Source of the DNA: Vicugna vicugna
Taxonomy: Eukaryota
Reading direction: 5' to 3'
Assembly (NCBI GenBank): GCA_013265495.1
Contig: MU057398.1
Location: forward strand, 186,001-250,000
DNA: 64,000 nucleotides
A program made the translations under genes and the position numbers. Positions 27,251-40,570 of the stretch are shown here, in pieces (position 1 is the first letter of the stretch; each line of letters begins with the position of its first letter). The notes under the pieces were generated by a model. That model was not told the origin of the DNA. It did no database searches and was given only the letters and a program-made list of their open reading frames with translations.

Positions 27251-27769
27251 ATGCTCCTGGGGGTTCGAGCACCTTCTAAAGCCATACTGTCTGCACAGAA
27301 CCTGCAGTCGGGAGACCAGGTCCTTCTGACCTCCCCTTCTGGTTCCTTTTGAGGTGGAGTTGGTGGCCTCTGAGGAAATGCATACTAGCAGCACCCAGAG
27401 GGGGCAGGCGGGGGAGCCCTGAGGGCCACACTTCTTTCAAGTCGGAGGGCGAGAGCGCTGGGGGTGGCTTGTCAGCAAGCCCGGCCTCTCAGCTCATCCG
27501 CTCCTGTGCCACCTAATAGGGCACCCACCCCACTGAGGCAGGGTGCGGGTGGTGCTGAAGGTCACTAAGACCAAAGGCTGGAGGTACAAAAGGTCTGCTT
27601 CCAAGTCTTCCAGATAGGGGATGCTCCTGAGAGTTACCATCAGCCTGGGCAGAATGGTCAGGGAGTCAAACAGGCTAGGTGATGGAACTCCTGCAGTCAC
27701 CATGTGGCCTGGGGCACAATGGGAGGCTACTCTGGACACAGAGCAAAAGGGCTGGTAGAGCCCGTTTGG

Positions 27770-28265
27770 TTTTTTGATCGTGGTAAATTACACGCAGCAT
27801 CACATTTACCGTTTTAACTGTGTTTAAGTGTATTATTCAGCGGCATGAAGTACATTCACACTGTTGTGCAGCCGTCACCACCGTCCATCCCCAGAACCCT
27901 TCATCTCCCCCAGCTGAAACTCTGTCCCCGTTAGACACGAACCCCCTCCCCCAGCTCCAGGCCCCCACCCTCCTGCTCTCTGTCTCTAGGGACCTCATAG
28001 AAGCGGAATCATACAGTGTCTGTCTGCATCTGACCGGCTGATTTCACTGAGCATAATGTCCTTAGGGTCCATCCGTGTTGTCACAGGTGTCAGAATGTCC
28101 TTCCCTTTTCATTCTAAATAACAGCCCACTGTATGGATGGACCGCATTTTGTTTATCTGTTATTTATCCATCGATGGACACCTGGGTTGCTACCACCTTT
28201 TGGCTACTGTGAATAATGCTGCTGTGAACTCAGCTGTACAAGCAGCTCTTTGAGACCCTGCTTTC
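27770..28265 (-). mobile_element. L1 3' end fragment (L1MA/MB-type), running into the assembly gap
   Basis: gtacattcacactgttgtgc, atttcactgagcataatgtc, gatggacacctgggttgc, gtgaataatgctgctgtgaac. Confidence 0.8.
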
Positions 28266-29255
28266 NNNNNNNNNNNNNNNNNNNNNNNNNNNNNNNNNNN
28301 NNNNNNNNNNNNNNNNNNNNNNNNNNNNNNNNNNNNNNNNNNNNNNNNNNNNNNNNNNNNNNNNNNNNNNNNNNNNNNNNNNNNNNNNNNNNNNNNNNNN
28401 NNNNNNNNNNNNNNNNNNNNNNNNNNNNNNNNNNNNNNNNNNNNNNNNNNNNNNNNNNNNNNNNNNNNNNNNNNNNNNNNNNNNNNNNNNNNNNNNNNNN
28501 NNNNNNNNNNNNNNNNNNNNNNNNNNNNNNNNNNNNNNNNNNNNNNNNNNNNNNNNNNNNNNNNNNNNNNNNNNNNNNNNNNNNNNNNNNNNNNNNNNNN
28601 NNNNNNNNNNNNNNNNNNNNNNNNNNNNNNNNNNNNNNNNNNNNNNNNNNNNNNNNNNNNNNNNNNNNNNNNNNNNNNNNNNNNNNNNNNNNNNNNNNNN
28701 NNNNNNNNNNNNNNNNNNNNNNNNNNNNNNNNNNNNNNNNNNNNNNNNNNNNNNNNNNNNNNNNNNNNNNNNNNNNNNNNNNNNNNNNNNNNNNNNNNNN
28801 NNNNNNNNNNNNNNNNNNNNNNNNNNNNNNNNNNNNNNNNNNNNNNNNNNNNNNNNNNNNNNNNNNNNNNNNNNNNNNNNNNNNNNNNNNNNNNNNNNNN
28901 NNNNNNNNNNNNNNNNNNNNNNNNNNNNNNNNNNNNNNNNNNNNNNNNNNNNNNNNNNNNNNNNNNNNNNNNNNNNNNNNNNNNNNNNNNNNNNNNNNNN
29001 NNNNNNNNNNNNNNNNNNNNNNNNNNNNNNNNNNNNNNNNNNNNNNNNNNNNNNNNNNNNNNNNNNNNNNNNNNNNNNNNNNNNNNNNNNNNNNNNNNNN
29101 NNNNNNNNNNNNNNNNNNNNNNNNNNNNNNNNNNNNNNNNNNNNNNNNNNNNNNNNNNNNNNNNNNNNNNNNNNNNNNNNNNNNNNNNNNNNNNNNNNNN
29201 NNNNNNNNNNNNNNNNNNNNNNNNNNNNNNNNNNNNNNNNNNNNNNNNNNNNNNN
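28266..29255. other. Assembly gap (990 N)
   Basis: Run of N characters. Confidence 1.
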
Positions 29256-32200
29256 CCCACCCCCACCCCCGGGCTCCCTCCCTCCCTCCCCGGCTGAATG
29301 CAGGCCTCGCCCTTGGAGCCCTCCTTCCCCCTGCCTGGTGGTCGCCGCCTCCGCCTCCGCTGCTTGGAGGTGCATGGGAGCAGAGGGGAGGGGGTGGGGC
29401 CGGCGGGAGGGAGAGAACCTGGTGGGGGAGGGGGCAGCACAGGAAGTCAAGTGTTAAAGGGGTGCCTGGGCCACCTTCCTCACCTGCCAGGGACCAAACT
29501 GGGCCCCAGAGAGGGCCAGGGGCACCTGGAGGCCCTGCTCCCAGCTCCCTGCCGCCTCCCAGCAGATCTGCAGGTGCCAGTGGGGCCTCTGGCTCTTCCT
29601 CTTCCTGCTTCCATAGGGCCTGGCTAGGGTTCCAGGTGCCTGGAAGTGGAGAGAGGAGGGAACTGTTACTTTAAGGAATCCCCACAGTGAATCACCTTGC
29701 TCAGCCGGCTGTGGGTCCTTCTGGAAGGCGAGCCCCTGTGGCTGGGTTAGTCAGGAGGGCACATGCCCAACGGGCTGCAGGTCTGCAATCTCCTGCCCTT
29801 GGACCCTGCCTCAGAGGGGACTTGGGACCAGGGACATGGCTGTGGTGGGTTCTGCTCCTTCTTGCCTCAAGGTGTGGTGTCCTGGGCCTGTGGGAGCCTG
29901 CAGGGCAGGACCCGGCCCTTTCCGTCAAAGAGGGGGAATGTTCTTGTCACCAGTTCAGTGCGCTGACAGGAGGGCTGAGGGCCCAGTGACTTCTAGCTGG
30001 TGCTGCCGGCCGGGATCCATTCATCCCAGGGAGGCAGTGGTACCTAGCAGCAGGTGCCCCATCACCAGTGTGGGGACAGATGTCCACTCAGACCCTAGCA
30101 GCTTCAGACAGGTGTTGGACATGTTTCCCGTGGGCTGTGCTTCCACAGTTGTGACCAGTGGGGAATTCTAAGGCCTTGCAACTTCTGACTTAGGAGGCGG
30201 CAGTGGGTGTGGACCTTCATCCCTTGTGCCCTCTGTAAAGGCACCGGGTAGAGTGCAAGACCAAGCCTGCTGGCAAAGCAGAAGGGTTCTCTCTCCCGGG
30301 AGCTAAGGGGCTGAGCTGCCCGAGGTGTCATGACTCTCTCCTCGGGAACGTGGAAGGCAAGGCCAGGAGGTCTGGATGCTGGAACCTCTCCAAGCCTCTG
30401 TTCCCCCTCTCTGAAATGGAGAGAAGGCGTCTCCTTGCCCTCCCAGGATGTTTGTGAGTTGCAGTGAGGGAAGTGTCTGAAGCAGGTTCACGAAAGAGGG
30501 GAGCTTGGAAACAGAGGTGCCCCACCTCATTCAGGAAGCTCATAGCTAAGGTGGCCAGGGAGGGCTGGCGCAGACGGACGAGGACTCCTGGGTTTCTGGT
30601 CTGGTGGACACAAGTCACGACTGTTAGAATGTCTTAGGCGATCTCCTCTTGGAAGTCACAGAGCAAGGGAGTAGCGGGCCAGGGAACCCACAGGAGGTCT
30701 GCTGTCACCACCCCCACCAACGCTGGCCAGTTTGGGCCAGGATGGAGCAAATAAATGCCAGAAGGTCAGAGTCCCCCTCTGTGGAGGTTTTCAATTCAAT
30801 TAAGGCAATGAAGCTTTGAGGGATGAAAAAGTACAGAAATGGTATGTTCCTTGCCCTTTTGGTGCCTACAAACCGTTCTAGGCAGCCAGCCCAGGCCGGA
30901 AAGTCTCTGTTGGGCCTGCAACACCGATAGGCCCAGTCACTTCTGTTCTTGGCCATTTCGGTGATGTCTGCTGTCCTGATTCAGACTGAGGGAGGCCATC
31001 GGCCAGGCTTACAGAGAACCCAGGGAAACAAGAGTATACACCGTTTAGTCTCTGTAATGGCCAGCGCTCACTCAAGCTGGACCTTGACTTTACTGATGGC
31101 TCCTGTGCTGGTGGCCTGAAAGAGGTTAGCACAAGCAGTCTTTGACTTGAGCGGGCCCCCAGAGCTGGGGGTCATGGGCGTTCCTGCCTGTCAGCCCTGC
31201 ACCCCACCACGTGCTCTCTGGGACAGCGATCGCCCACTCACAAGCCTCCTGGCTCCTCCTCGGCTGGCTGGGGCCCCGCTCACTCACTCCTCTAGGCCCC
31301 TGTCCCCATCCAGGGCTGACAAGGCAGTGGACTTCCCACTGACCCAATAACCACGTGTTTCAAAGAGCTACCGACCCCAGAGCAGGAATGACACGCTCAT
31401 AGGTCATGGCAGTACCACGCAGAGCAAAATAGGAATGGTCATGGGATTCGAGACTCTGTGGCCATCAGTTTTGGCAGGGCCTTTCTGGAGAAGGGTCCCC
31501 CTGAAGTGCTGCACAGCTCCGTCCGAGGTCATCGGGTGGAGAGGGGATAGAAGGGAGCGCAGGGCAGGGGCGTGTGGAGCGCTCGGAGCTGGCCAGTGCG
31601 TGGCACTGCCGAATGGCCAGTGCAGGACAGGAACTGTCAGGTCCTTTGAAAGAATGTGGCTCTTGCTTGATAGGACAGGGGAAAATGGAGACAGAGGGCG
31701 TGCCTTTCTGGCGGCCAGTGCGGCTTGGAGGCGGAGAGAGTGATAACACCTGAACCAGGCGATGCGGTGACTCAGAGCAGGGCGGCGACCAGCTACCCGA
31801 CTGGAGGGAGACCCTATATGAGGGTCGGGGAGGAGGGGCAAATAGTCTCCCCAGCTGCAGGCAGGATACCAGGGGACACTGAGGCATGGAGGGACAGCAG
31901 GGCCCGCCCAGGGGCCGTGGTGAGGGCCAAGAGCACTTTGTGCCCCAGCCAAAGGGGGGGTGGCCTCGACTCCCTGCCCAGTCCCCTTACCAGGAGTCAC
32001 CTTGGGCCTGGTCGGCCACAGCAATGACACCACAACAGTTGGAGCAGCTCAAGGACCCGGCGTGGCCCTGTCTGGGCCACGGCTGTTGCTTACTGGAGGG
32101 GAGGAGAACCCCAGGGGATGGGGCAAGGAGCAGGAGTGGGAGGGTAGAGCTGCCCTTGGGTGAGCCCTGCTTGTCAGCAGCAGGATGCTGTGCTGTCCGC

Positions 32201-34744
32201 CTGCAAGGTGCCCCTGCTCTGAGTAATGGGCGCTTCTGTCAGGCCCTGCAGGTTGTATGTGTGTGTAAGGGTGCGACCTCCACCAGGATGAGCCGTTGGC
32301 TCCCAACGCATGCCAAGAGCCCCCCCCAATTATGGGCCATTGGCTAGGTCACCCCTTGGAGCCCACTCGTGCCATGTTGGTGGGGCTGGGTGCCTTCCAA
32401 CCAAGTGAGTGTAGAGGCCAAAAGGATAAAAGAGTTCCCAATGAACAAAATCATTCATCTGGCTTCTCTTTTAGAAAGAACCCCTGTGGAGGCCCCAGGC
32501 GGCTCAGTAGGGCCATGCACACACCTAGCTTGTCCCTGGGGCCCCAGAGGTGAATTTGCAAGGTCTTGGAATGCAGGCCAGTGGCCTGCCCACTAAGGGC
32601 ATCAGAGCCTGGGATGAGGACTCTTCTCAGGGACAAGTGACTCACATTTTTGCTGGATGCCTCCCACCTGCGTGGAGCTCACAAGGCCTCTCTTAGACAT
32701 CCTGCCTGCCTGGGGCCTGGAAGCTGACTCCCAGTGGAGGGTGTCTGTGCCTGTCAGTGGACCCGAGGCTGGGGCCTACACAGAAGCACCAACTCCATCC
32801 CTCCCCTCCAGCTGGGGGGCTGGGAGACAGCCCAGTCCTGCCAGTTTCACCCAAATTGCTGTAAACTGGGAATGGTGAGGCACAGGGCATGGAGCTCAGG
32901 GTCAGAGAAAGGAGGGGAGGGGTGCATCTAAGCAGAGGTCTAGAGTGGGGAAGGAAGCGAGGGAATACAGGCACAGAGTGGGAGCCCCAGGTGAGGCTGT
33001 CTGGAGAGACCGAGGAATGCGGGCCACAGTCACAAGCTGCCTTCGCGGCCTCCAGTGGTTCCTGAATGGCCGGGCAAGGCCAGCGGTCAGAAGCAGGTAA
33101 CCCGGATGTTCTTGGGGCTCTGCTACTTCACCTGGCCAGGCCTCAGTTTCCTGAGCTGGCGAATGGGACAGTGATTCCTAGTGTACCCACCCGGGTGGGT
33201 GGATGCGTTCACAGAGCACTCCAGAAGGAGCCAACCCTGCCTCGAGCCCCTGGAAAGCTTCACTTCCTTCAAGTCCTGGGCGCTCTGCTGCCCCACACAG
33301 CTCTGAGCTCAACCCTTCAGGCCCCTCCCTCATCTCCCCACTTCAGCCCCTACAGTCCATCATCACCCAGCAGCCCTGTGCTCTGTGCTGGCCCATGTCA
33401 CCGGCGGCCCCAGGGGATCAGCAGCCCCCTCCCTTACCACCCTGTCCCCTTACCTGCCTCCTTTCTCGCATCACAACACTGTTCCCTCCAGAAGAATGGC
33501 TCACTCCTCCATCTCTCTCACCAGCGGGACCTACGAGCTACCCATCTCCTGGCCAGATAGAGAGCATGGGAACTCGCTCAGCACTGTCACCCTCTATGCC
33601 CAGCATGGATGGCTAGCACAGGCATAGAGTAGATGCTCAGTAAAGACTTGTCAGCTAGCAAACGGGAAGGACGGGCCATGGGAGCTGCATGAGAGCAGGA
33701 GAGGGCAGTGTACGCTTAAGTGCCCAAACTTTTACAATCTGGATCACCTTGGCTGGTCTAAGGTGCCTCTCTGCCAGGGACTGCCCTAGGTACATGGGAT
33801 TTTTCCTGCCAACATGGGGCCAGTATCCAGAGGAACTGAGGCCACCACCATGTTCTGAGACCCCCAGGCCCATGGGCATGGAGAAAGGGCCTCGCTTACC
33901 AGAGACCCTGGTCTCATCCTCTGAGGGCTGTGGCATGTCCCTGCTCTTGGCATCCACTGGCCTCTGAGAGAGACACGGGAGCTCTCCTGAGAGCAGAGGA
34001 CACGAGGCTCTGGGCTATTGTGTTTCCATGGGCGGTTCTAGAGCAGAAACCCGAATTGGTGGCCAAGTTCTGCTTCCAAGGGGATCCTTCTGGGCCAGGA
34101 GCTTCCCCAGAGGTGAGGGATCGGGCCCAAATAAGCCATGTTGCCAGGAGACTTCTTTGCCAGTGTGAAGGCCAAGGCCATGTGCATGGAGACTAGTTTG
34201 GTCCTGGGAGCTTAGCACATGGCCTTGAGGGATGCTGCCACTCAGGCACCGGCTGCAAGCTGGGAAGGAGAGGTAGGGAGAGAGCAGCAGGAGAAGCCAG
34301 GGGCCCAGGACAGAGCTGTCCAGCAGCCACCGTGGTCCCCACCACTAGACTCTGTGAAGGTGCAGCTAGGGTGCCAGTGGTTCCTTGGGTGGGTGGGGGT
34401 GGCAGTGGCGGAGCGCGGGGACAGTGAGAGGGTTGACAGCTTCGTGATGCTCCACAGCGGAGGCAAGGCCATGTGGCCGGGACTTGGCCAGCTGCTGCTA
34501 ATGTTAGGCGACCCCAGCACCTTCCTTGGTTATCTGGAGGGCAGAAAGGTGTGGAGGGGAGTGGGTAGCATCCAGCTGTGGGACAGGGCAATGGAGACAT
34601 CACCAGTGACCTGTGGCTGCTCTTGGCTTTGTGCTCTACCCCTCCCCTTCCCCTCCTTCCCTTCCTTTCTTCCCTTCCCCTCCTTCTTTCCCTCCCCTCT
34701 CCTTTTATCCTCCCCTCCTCCTCTCTTCCTTGCCCGGTCCCCAG

Positions 34745-34977
34745 GTACTCTCAGGGCAGCAGAGATACTCTGTGTGCTAAGCCTTGACCTAGCGCCCAAC
34801 TGGCTCTGTCCATGCTCCTTGGACCCCTGTGCAGCCCTGGGCCTGAAACCTCCAGCCGCAGAGGACACGCCGGAGGACCACTGCCACGGGGATTTATAGC
34901 ATGCCGGCTGCACACCGCAAGTCTTAATCAGGCAAGAGCAGGAACAGGAGGGAGCAGACGAGAGAGAAAAGCTCGCG
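34745..34977 (+). other. ATP2B3: Candidate alternative non-coding 5' exon of ATP2B3
   Basis: Preceded by an approximately 100-nt pyrimidine tract and cccag|, ends GCG|gtagga, is CpG-enriched, and lies 428 bp upstream of the first coding exon. It could be an internal exon or an alternative first exon. Confidence 0.35.
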
Positions 34978-35542
34978 GTAGGATGGGGGCACAGATTATC
35001 CATCCGTGCCCAGGCCAGACCCACACTATTCAATCCCAACACATGGCCCTTGCTTCAGTATGGGTTCCCAAATAGATTCGGGGGGGGGGCAATGAGCACC
35101 TCTACATCCCAGGTTGGCTAGTGCTGGCGCAGCGGGATCGCACTAGGAGGCTCCGACACGTCCTCCTTCCCCACGTGGACAAGTCCTCCAGGCCTGGGCG
35201 CTCCTGGCGGGCAGGATCGTGGGGTCCCCTGGCAGGGGAGCCTGGCGAAGCCTGAGGGCCACTGGCCCGGCCTGGGAGGGGAATGTTGTACTCAGTGAGT
35301 CATGGCTTGGACTGAGTGCAGATTTGCAGAGAATGTTCCAGAAACGCGGACCCTTGGTTTTTTCTCAACTGCAACCCTGGCTTCTTCTCCCCTCCTTCTC
35401 CCCAGGTGTCTGTGCTTGGCCACTTCCTGGCTGCCACTGCGTCCACCACACCTCATTCAGGCCCCGGGACCTCAGGTGGCTGCCTGTCCCTAGCTGACGC
35501 CACACCTGCGAGAACGCCCTCCCCTCCTGGGGAACAGGCAGG

Positions 35543-35750
35543 ATGGGTGACGTTGCCAACAGTTCCATTGAGTTCCACCCCAAGCCCCAGCAGTTGCGGG
35601 AGGCCCCCCATGCAGGTGGCTTTGGGTGCACGCTGGCTGAGCTGCGCTCCCTCATGGAGCTCCGAGGGGCCGAGGCGCTGCAGAAAGTCCAGGAAGCCTA
35701 CGGGGATGTCAGCGGGCTCTGCAGGAGGCTGAAGACCTCGCCCACAGAGG
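35543..35750 (+). CDS. ATP2B3: PMCA3 coding exon 1 (exon starts at 35406)
   Basis: [17 protein letters not shown]...[11 protein letters not shown] is the PMCA3-type N-terminus. Acceptor cccag at 35401-35405, donor gtaagt at 35751; 208 coding bp. Confidence 0.96.
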
Positions 35751-38566
35751 GTAAGTTGGCCGCAGAGCCCCCGCACGGGCCACGTGTGTGCCAGGGGTGC
35801 CGGGCCGTGTGCCACCTGGCACTCCTCCCTGCAAACAGTCCCTACCCCCAGGGCAGGCCGAGTCAGCCTGAGCCCCTGCACTTGAGCCTGACCCTCCATC
35901 ACCAGCAATTCCCACTCGCATCTCATAGAAATCTAGCAACAGACCAGAGGAAGGGAGAAGATAGCACCGCATAAGTGCAGGCAACGGAATGGGCCCCAAA
36001 CTGAAACCCCAGAAGCTCTTCCAAAAAGCGAGAGGGGCGGTCCCTGACTGAGTGATTTCCGGTCCCCCATGTGCTGTCCTTTGTCCAGTTGGGAAGTGGA
36101 GGAAAGGGTGTGGGGTTTGTGCCCTCTGGGTCGGGAGTGGGAGTAGAGGTCAAATTCTGAGGCAGTACAGCCCTGAAGAGGTCTGCTGCAGGGAGCCACT
36201 AGGGAGCCTGGGTTGTGTCCTCCAGAAGGTTCTGTGGGTGGAGGCCAGTGGCCCTTTTCTCCTGCCCTGCACCAGCCTTCCCCAGTCCTGTCTACTGGGC
36301 CTTCTGGCAGGCCAGGACCACCGGGAGCCAGGCTCGGCCCCAGATTGCATGAGCTGGAGCGTTTTCTGGCCCCCCGGCGTCTCCCTGGCAGGGCTGCTGG
36401 GGCTGTCCCAGCTTGGTGCCAGGCCTGTTCCCGGCCAGCACTGATTGATCTAAACTCCTGTCTCAGCCGTCACACCTTCGTCCACCCAGGGCCCTGGCCA
36501 CCACCTGTGTCTCTTGCCCCCTGGCCCCATCTGTCTGCAGGTGACACCTGGGCTGGAGTGGGGAGAGGAAGTGCATCCCCTAGGGGAGGTGTCCCCGAGG
36601 CCGGATGAGAGGGCACCCACTCGGCCAGGTCAGGAACATGGAGGGACCACCTGGGTCTCTCCTGCTTTGTGCTCTAAAGGGACCCAACCTGGCGCGGGTG
36701 TGTGACCGGGGCAGATGGCTTGGCCCAGGGCCAGAGGATGTCTCTCCTTCCCTCCTCCTTGACCCCCCTGGGACTGGGGCTGGGGGAGGGGAGGCTGGGG
36801 TAGAGGGCCATTTAGCCACGAGGGCTCTGGTCTCTCCCAGATAAAAGCAAGCAGATGGGCTTCAGCTGGCAGCTCTTCCCTCTGCCTGTCAGGCCTTGTT
36901 AAATATTTAAAATGTCAAGGCCCCCGGTAATGGCCCGCTTCTGCCCCAGTGGCTCTAGCGCTCACCCGGTGCCTGTGGAGGGACGGGCGTGAGGACAGGC
37001 AGGCGCCCGGGTGGGTGGCCCAGCCCCAACTGAGGGAGCCTGCTGGGCCAGTCTGCGTCCCACGGAAGGAGTGCTGCGAGGACCACCCTCCCCTCTCTGG
37101 CCCTGGGAGCCCTCAAGGACCCCGAGTTCTCACCCGACCACTCCTGCTCCTGCTCCTGCTCAGACACAATGGCTTGAACTCCTGGAGGGGCTGGCTTAGT
37201 TGCGCCCCAGGCCCCACGCCAACACCCTGGCAAGGTGGTCAGACTTGGGGGTGCCAGCAAAGTGGCACTCTGGGGCAGGCAAGGGGGTCGGGGGGTGCAT
37301 GCTTTGGGGAGCAGGGGACTTTGTCTTCTCCTGGCAATAAGCGCACCCATGATCTCCGCCTTTTTAGTGATCCAAGAGTGTTCCAGAAGCCAGGGAACCT
37401 GGGTCTTAGGCCAAGCTTAGGGGGACCTGGGCCCCAGCCCTGCCCCTGTGTGTGCCCCACTGGCAGTCTTGAAAAGGAGGGGCGGGTTAGCCAAGAGCCG
37501 CCCGATGAGGTCCTAATGCAATTCTGATGGCATCTGGCCTCTGCTCTGGGCACAGTGCCCATCTATGTCCATGCCAACCGGCCGACTGCTGCCCCTGCAC
37601 CCTGGACCTGGGCCACCTCAGGGGCCTGCTGAACCAGCACGTGCTCAGAACCAGAGGGGCTGCAGCTGCCCCCGCCCCCCCGCCCAATGAGTGCTTCGGC
37701 CACAGCAGCTATCCGCACCCCCGAGCCCACAGGAAAGCCAAGGCCTCGGGCTGGCCTAGGGCAAGGGAGAGCGAAGCGTTGCCGCAGCACCAAGGGCAAA
37801 GCAAGGCCAAGGGACGGGCTGAGGGGAGGACGGACGTCCTGGGGAAGGGACCCTGAGGGCCCAGCTTTCCTTGGAACAAGCTGGGCCTGTGGGGCAGGAC
37901 AGGCAGGATGCAGACTCGGGAGGTGTGACGAGCAGCCCCGGGCTCTCTAGTGGGCGGAGTGGGTCTCTGTCATTCCTGGGGACTCCAAGACAGTGCCTTT
38001 TCCCAGGGCAGGGGGAGTGGATACCCTGCATGTCTGGGAGACTCAGGGTTTGAAGGCCCTCATAGTAATTACCCACCTTTTCATACCTCCAATAGGTCAA
38101 GGACACAGGCTCTAGTCAGGAGTGGGGTGTGGGCCCTCACTGGGTCCCCAGCCCTTACAAGCTTAGATCCTGAGCTCCCAGACAGCCAACTGGGAGGCCA
38201 CGGCCCCCAGAAACTTGAGCCGTGGTGGGGCGCAGACACAGTGAGGCCAAGGGAGAAAGGCAGGGACAGCTGTGTGGGGAAGACGGCGTGAGGTCAAGGC
38301 CTAACTCGGAGGACGTGCCCAGGTGGTGTAGCTGTGAGCTTTTGTTCTTGTCGTTCCTTCCCCTCAAAGGGGTCTCCCCCCTGCCCCTTGTTCCCCTAAA
38401 GCCGCCCTTCCCTGCCCAGTACACACCCGCCCTCCTTCCTTCCAGCTCCTTCTGAGTCCCTGCATCAACCAGGCCCGCCCTCCCTCCCAGCCCCCGCAGA
38501 GCAGCTGCTCAGGGATGCAGAGGGGGCTGTTGTTCCTAGACCTCCCTGGGCAGATCGGGAGGATAG

Positions 38567-39052
<486 letters not shown>

Positions 39053-39142
39053 TAGTTGGGCTAGCAGGAGGGGAGGTGTGGGCCCTGAGACAGGAAGGGT
39101 CACAGGGCGCCCGGGTCCCAGTAGCAGGAAGGAGCCAGCTGA

Positions 39143-39550
<408 letters not shown>

Positions 39551-39819
39551 TGAGTGTGCCTCACCTGTGGGGGCCTGAAGGCCAGAGATTGGGCAGGAGG
39601 CAGAGCTAAGAGGAAGAGAGTCAGAGGTTCAGAGCCCCAGAAGCAGGCTGTCCCCAAGGCCTGTTGAGGGCTTCCCCCAACATCCCTGTTGTCCCCATCC
39701 CTGGGAGCTGGGGTGTGTGGGTCCCCCCAGAAAGGACAAGGTGGGTCTTCTCTGAGGGAGGTTAGAGGTGGCACAGACAAGGGCTACCTGGATCCACAAT
39801 CTGTGCTGGCCCACCTTAG

Positions 39820-39945
39820 GGGACCTGCTGCCTGCCGATGGAGTGCTCATCCAGGGCAACGACCTCAAGATTGATGAGAGCTCCCTGACGGGCGAGTCGG
39901 ACCACGTGCGCAAGTCAGCGGACAAAGACCCCATGCTGCTCTCGG
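39820..39945 (+). CDS. ATP2B3: PMCA3 coding exon 4 (A domain, TGES motif)
   Basis: 126 bp; [41 protein letters not shown]. Confidence 0.97.
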
Positions 39946-40097
39946 GTGAGGCCTCAGGGCACGGGCTGAGCCCAGAGGGGAGGGGGACACTGGGCACCTA
40001 CCTCTGGGATTCCCAGGAGGAAACATGGAGGTGCTGAGCCTGCATCCCACCTAGAAGTGCAAATCTCTGTCTTGGTCTCTCTGTGTTGCTGGGCCAG

Positions 40098-40223
40098 GCA
40101 CTCATGTCATGGAAGGCTCTGGAAGAATGGTGGTGACGGCTGTTGGTGTGAACTCCCAGACAGGCATCATCTTTACTTTGCTTGGAGCTGGCGGAGAGGA
40201 GGAGGAGAAGAAGGATAAGAAAG
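40098..40223 (+). CDS. ATP2B3: PMCA3 coding exon 5
   Basis: 126 bp; [41 protein letters not shown]; phase-1 donor gtaggc. Confidence 0.97.
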
Positions 40224-40324
40224 GTAGGCGCCCCGACCTCCAGTCCCGGAGCGGGGGTGGGGCTGGCCTTCCTGTGCAGCCCACTCTTTCTTTCTTTTTT
40301 TTTTTCAATCACTGATGTATGTTT

Positions 40325-40570
40325 GTTTGTTTGTTTGTTTGTTTATAATGAATAGACTTTATTCTTTTAGAGCAGTTTCAGGTTCAAAACAGAACCGAGC
40401 AGAAAATACAGAGTTAGCACATAGCCCTCCCCACCCACACACGTATACTCCCCTACCCTCAACATCCCTCATCAGTGTGGCATATTTGGTACAATCGATG
40501 AACCAACATGGACACATTATTATCAACCAAAGTCCATAGTTTACATTACGGTTCACCCGTGATGTTGTAA
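40325..40570 (-). mobile_element. L1 3' UTR fragment with (TTTG)n/T-rich tail
   Basis: agactttatt.ttttagagcagttt.aggttca, catatttggtacaatcgatgaaccaacat, aaagtccatagtttacatta. Confidence 0.75.

Noticed and set aside
27550..27560. REST/RE1 element for neuronal ATP2B3 (also partial matches near 13870, 14510 and 44650)
   Set aside because: Only half-sites are present; no full 21-bp RE1 match was found by eye.
28190..29674. Three 400+ aa ORFs in the ORF track
   Set aside because: They are artefacts of translating through the 990-N gap.
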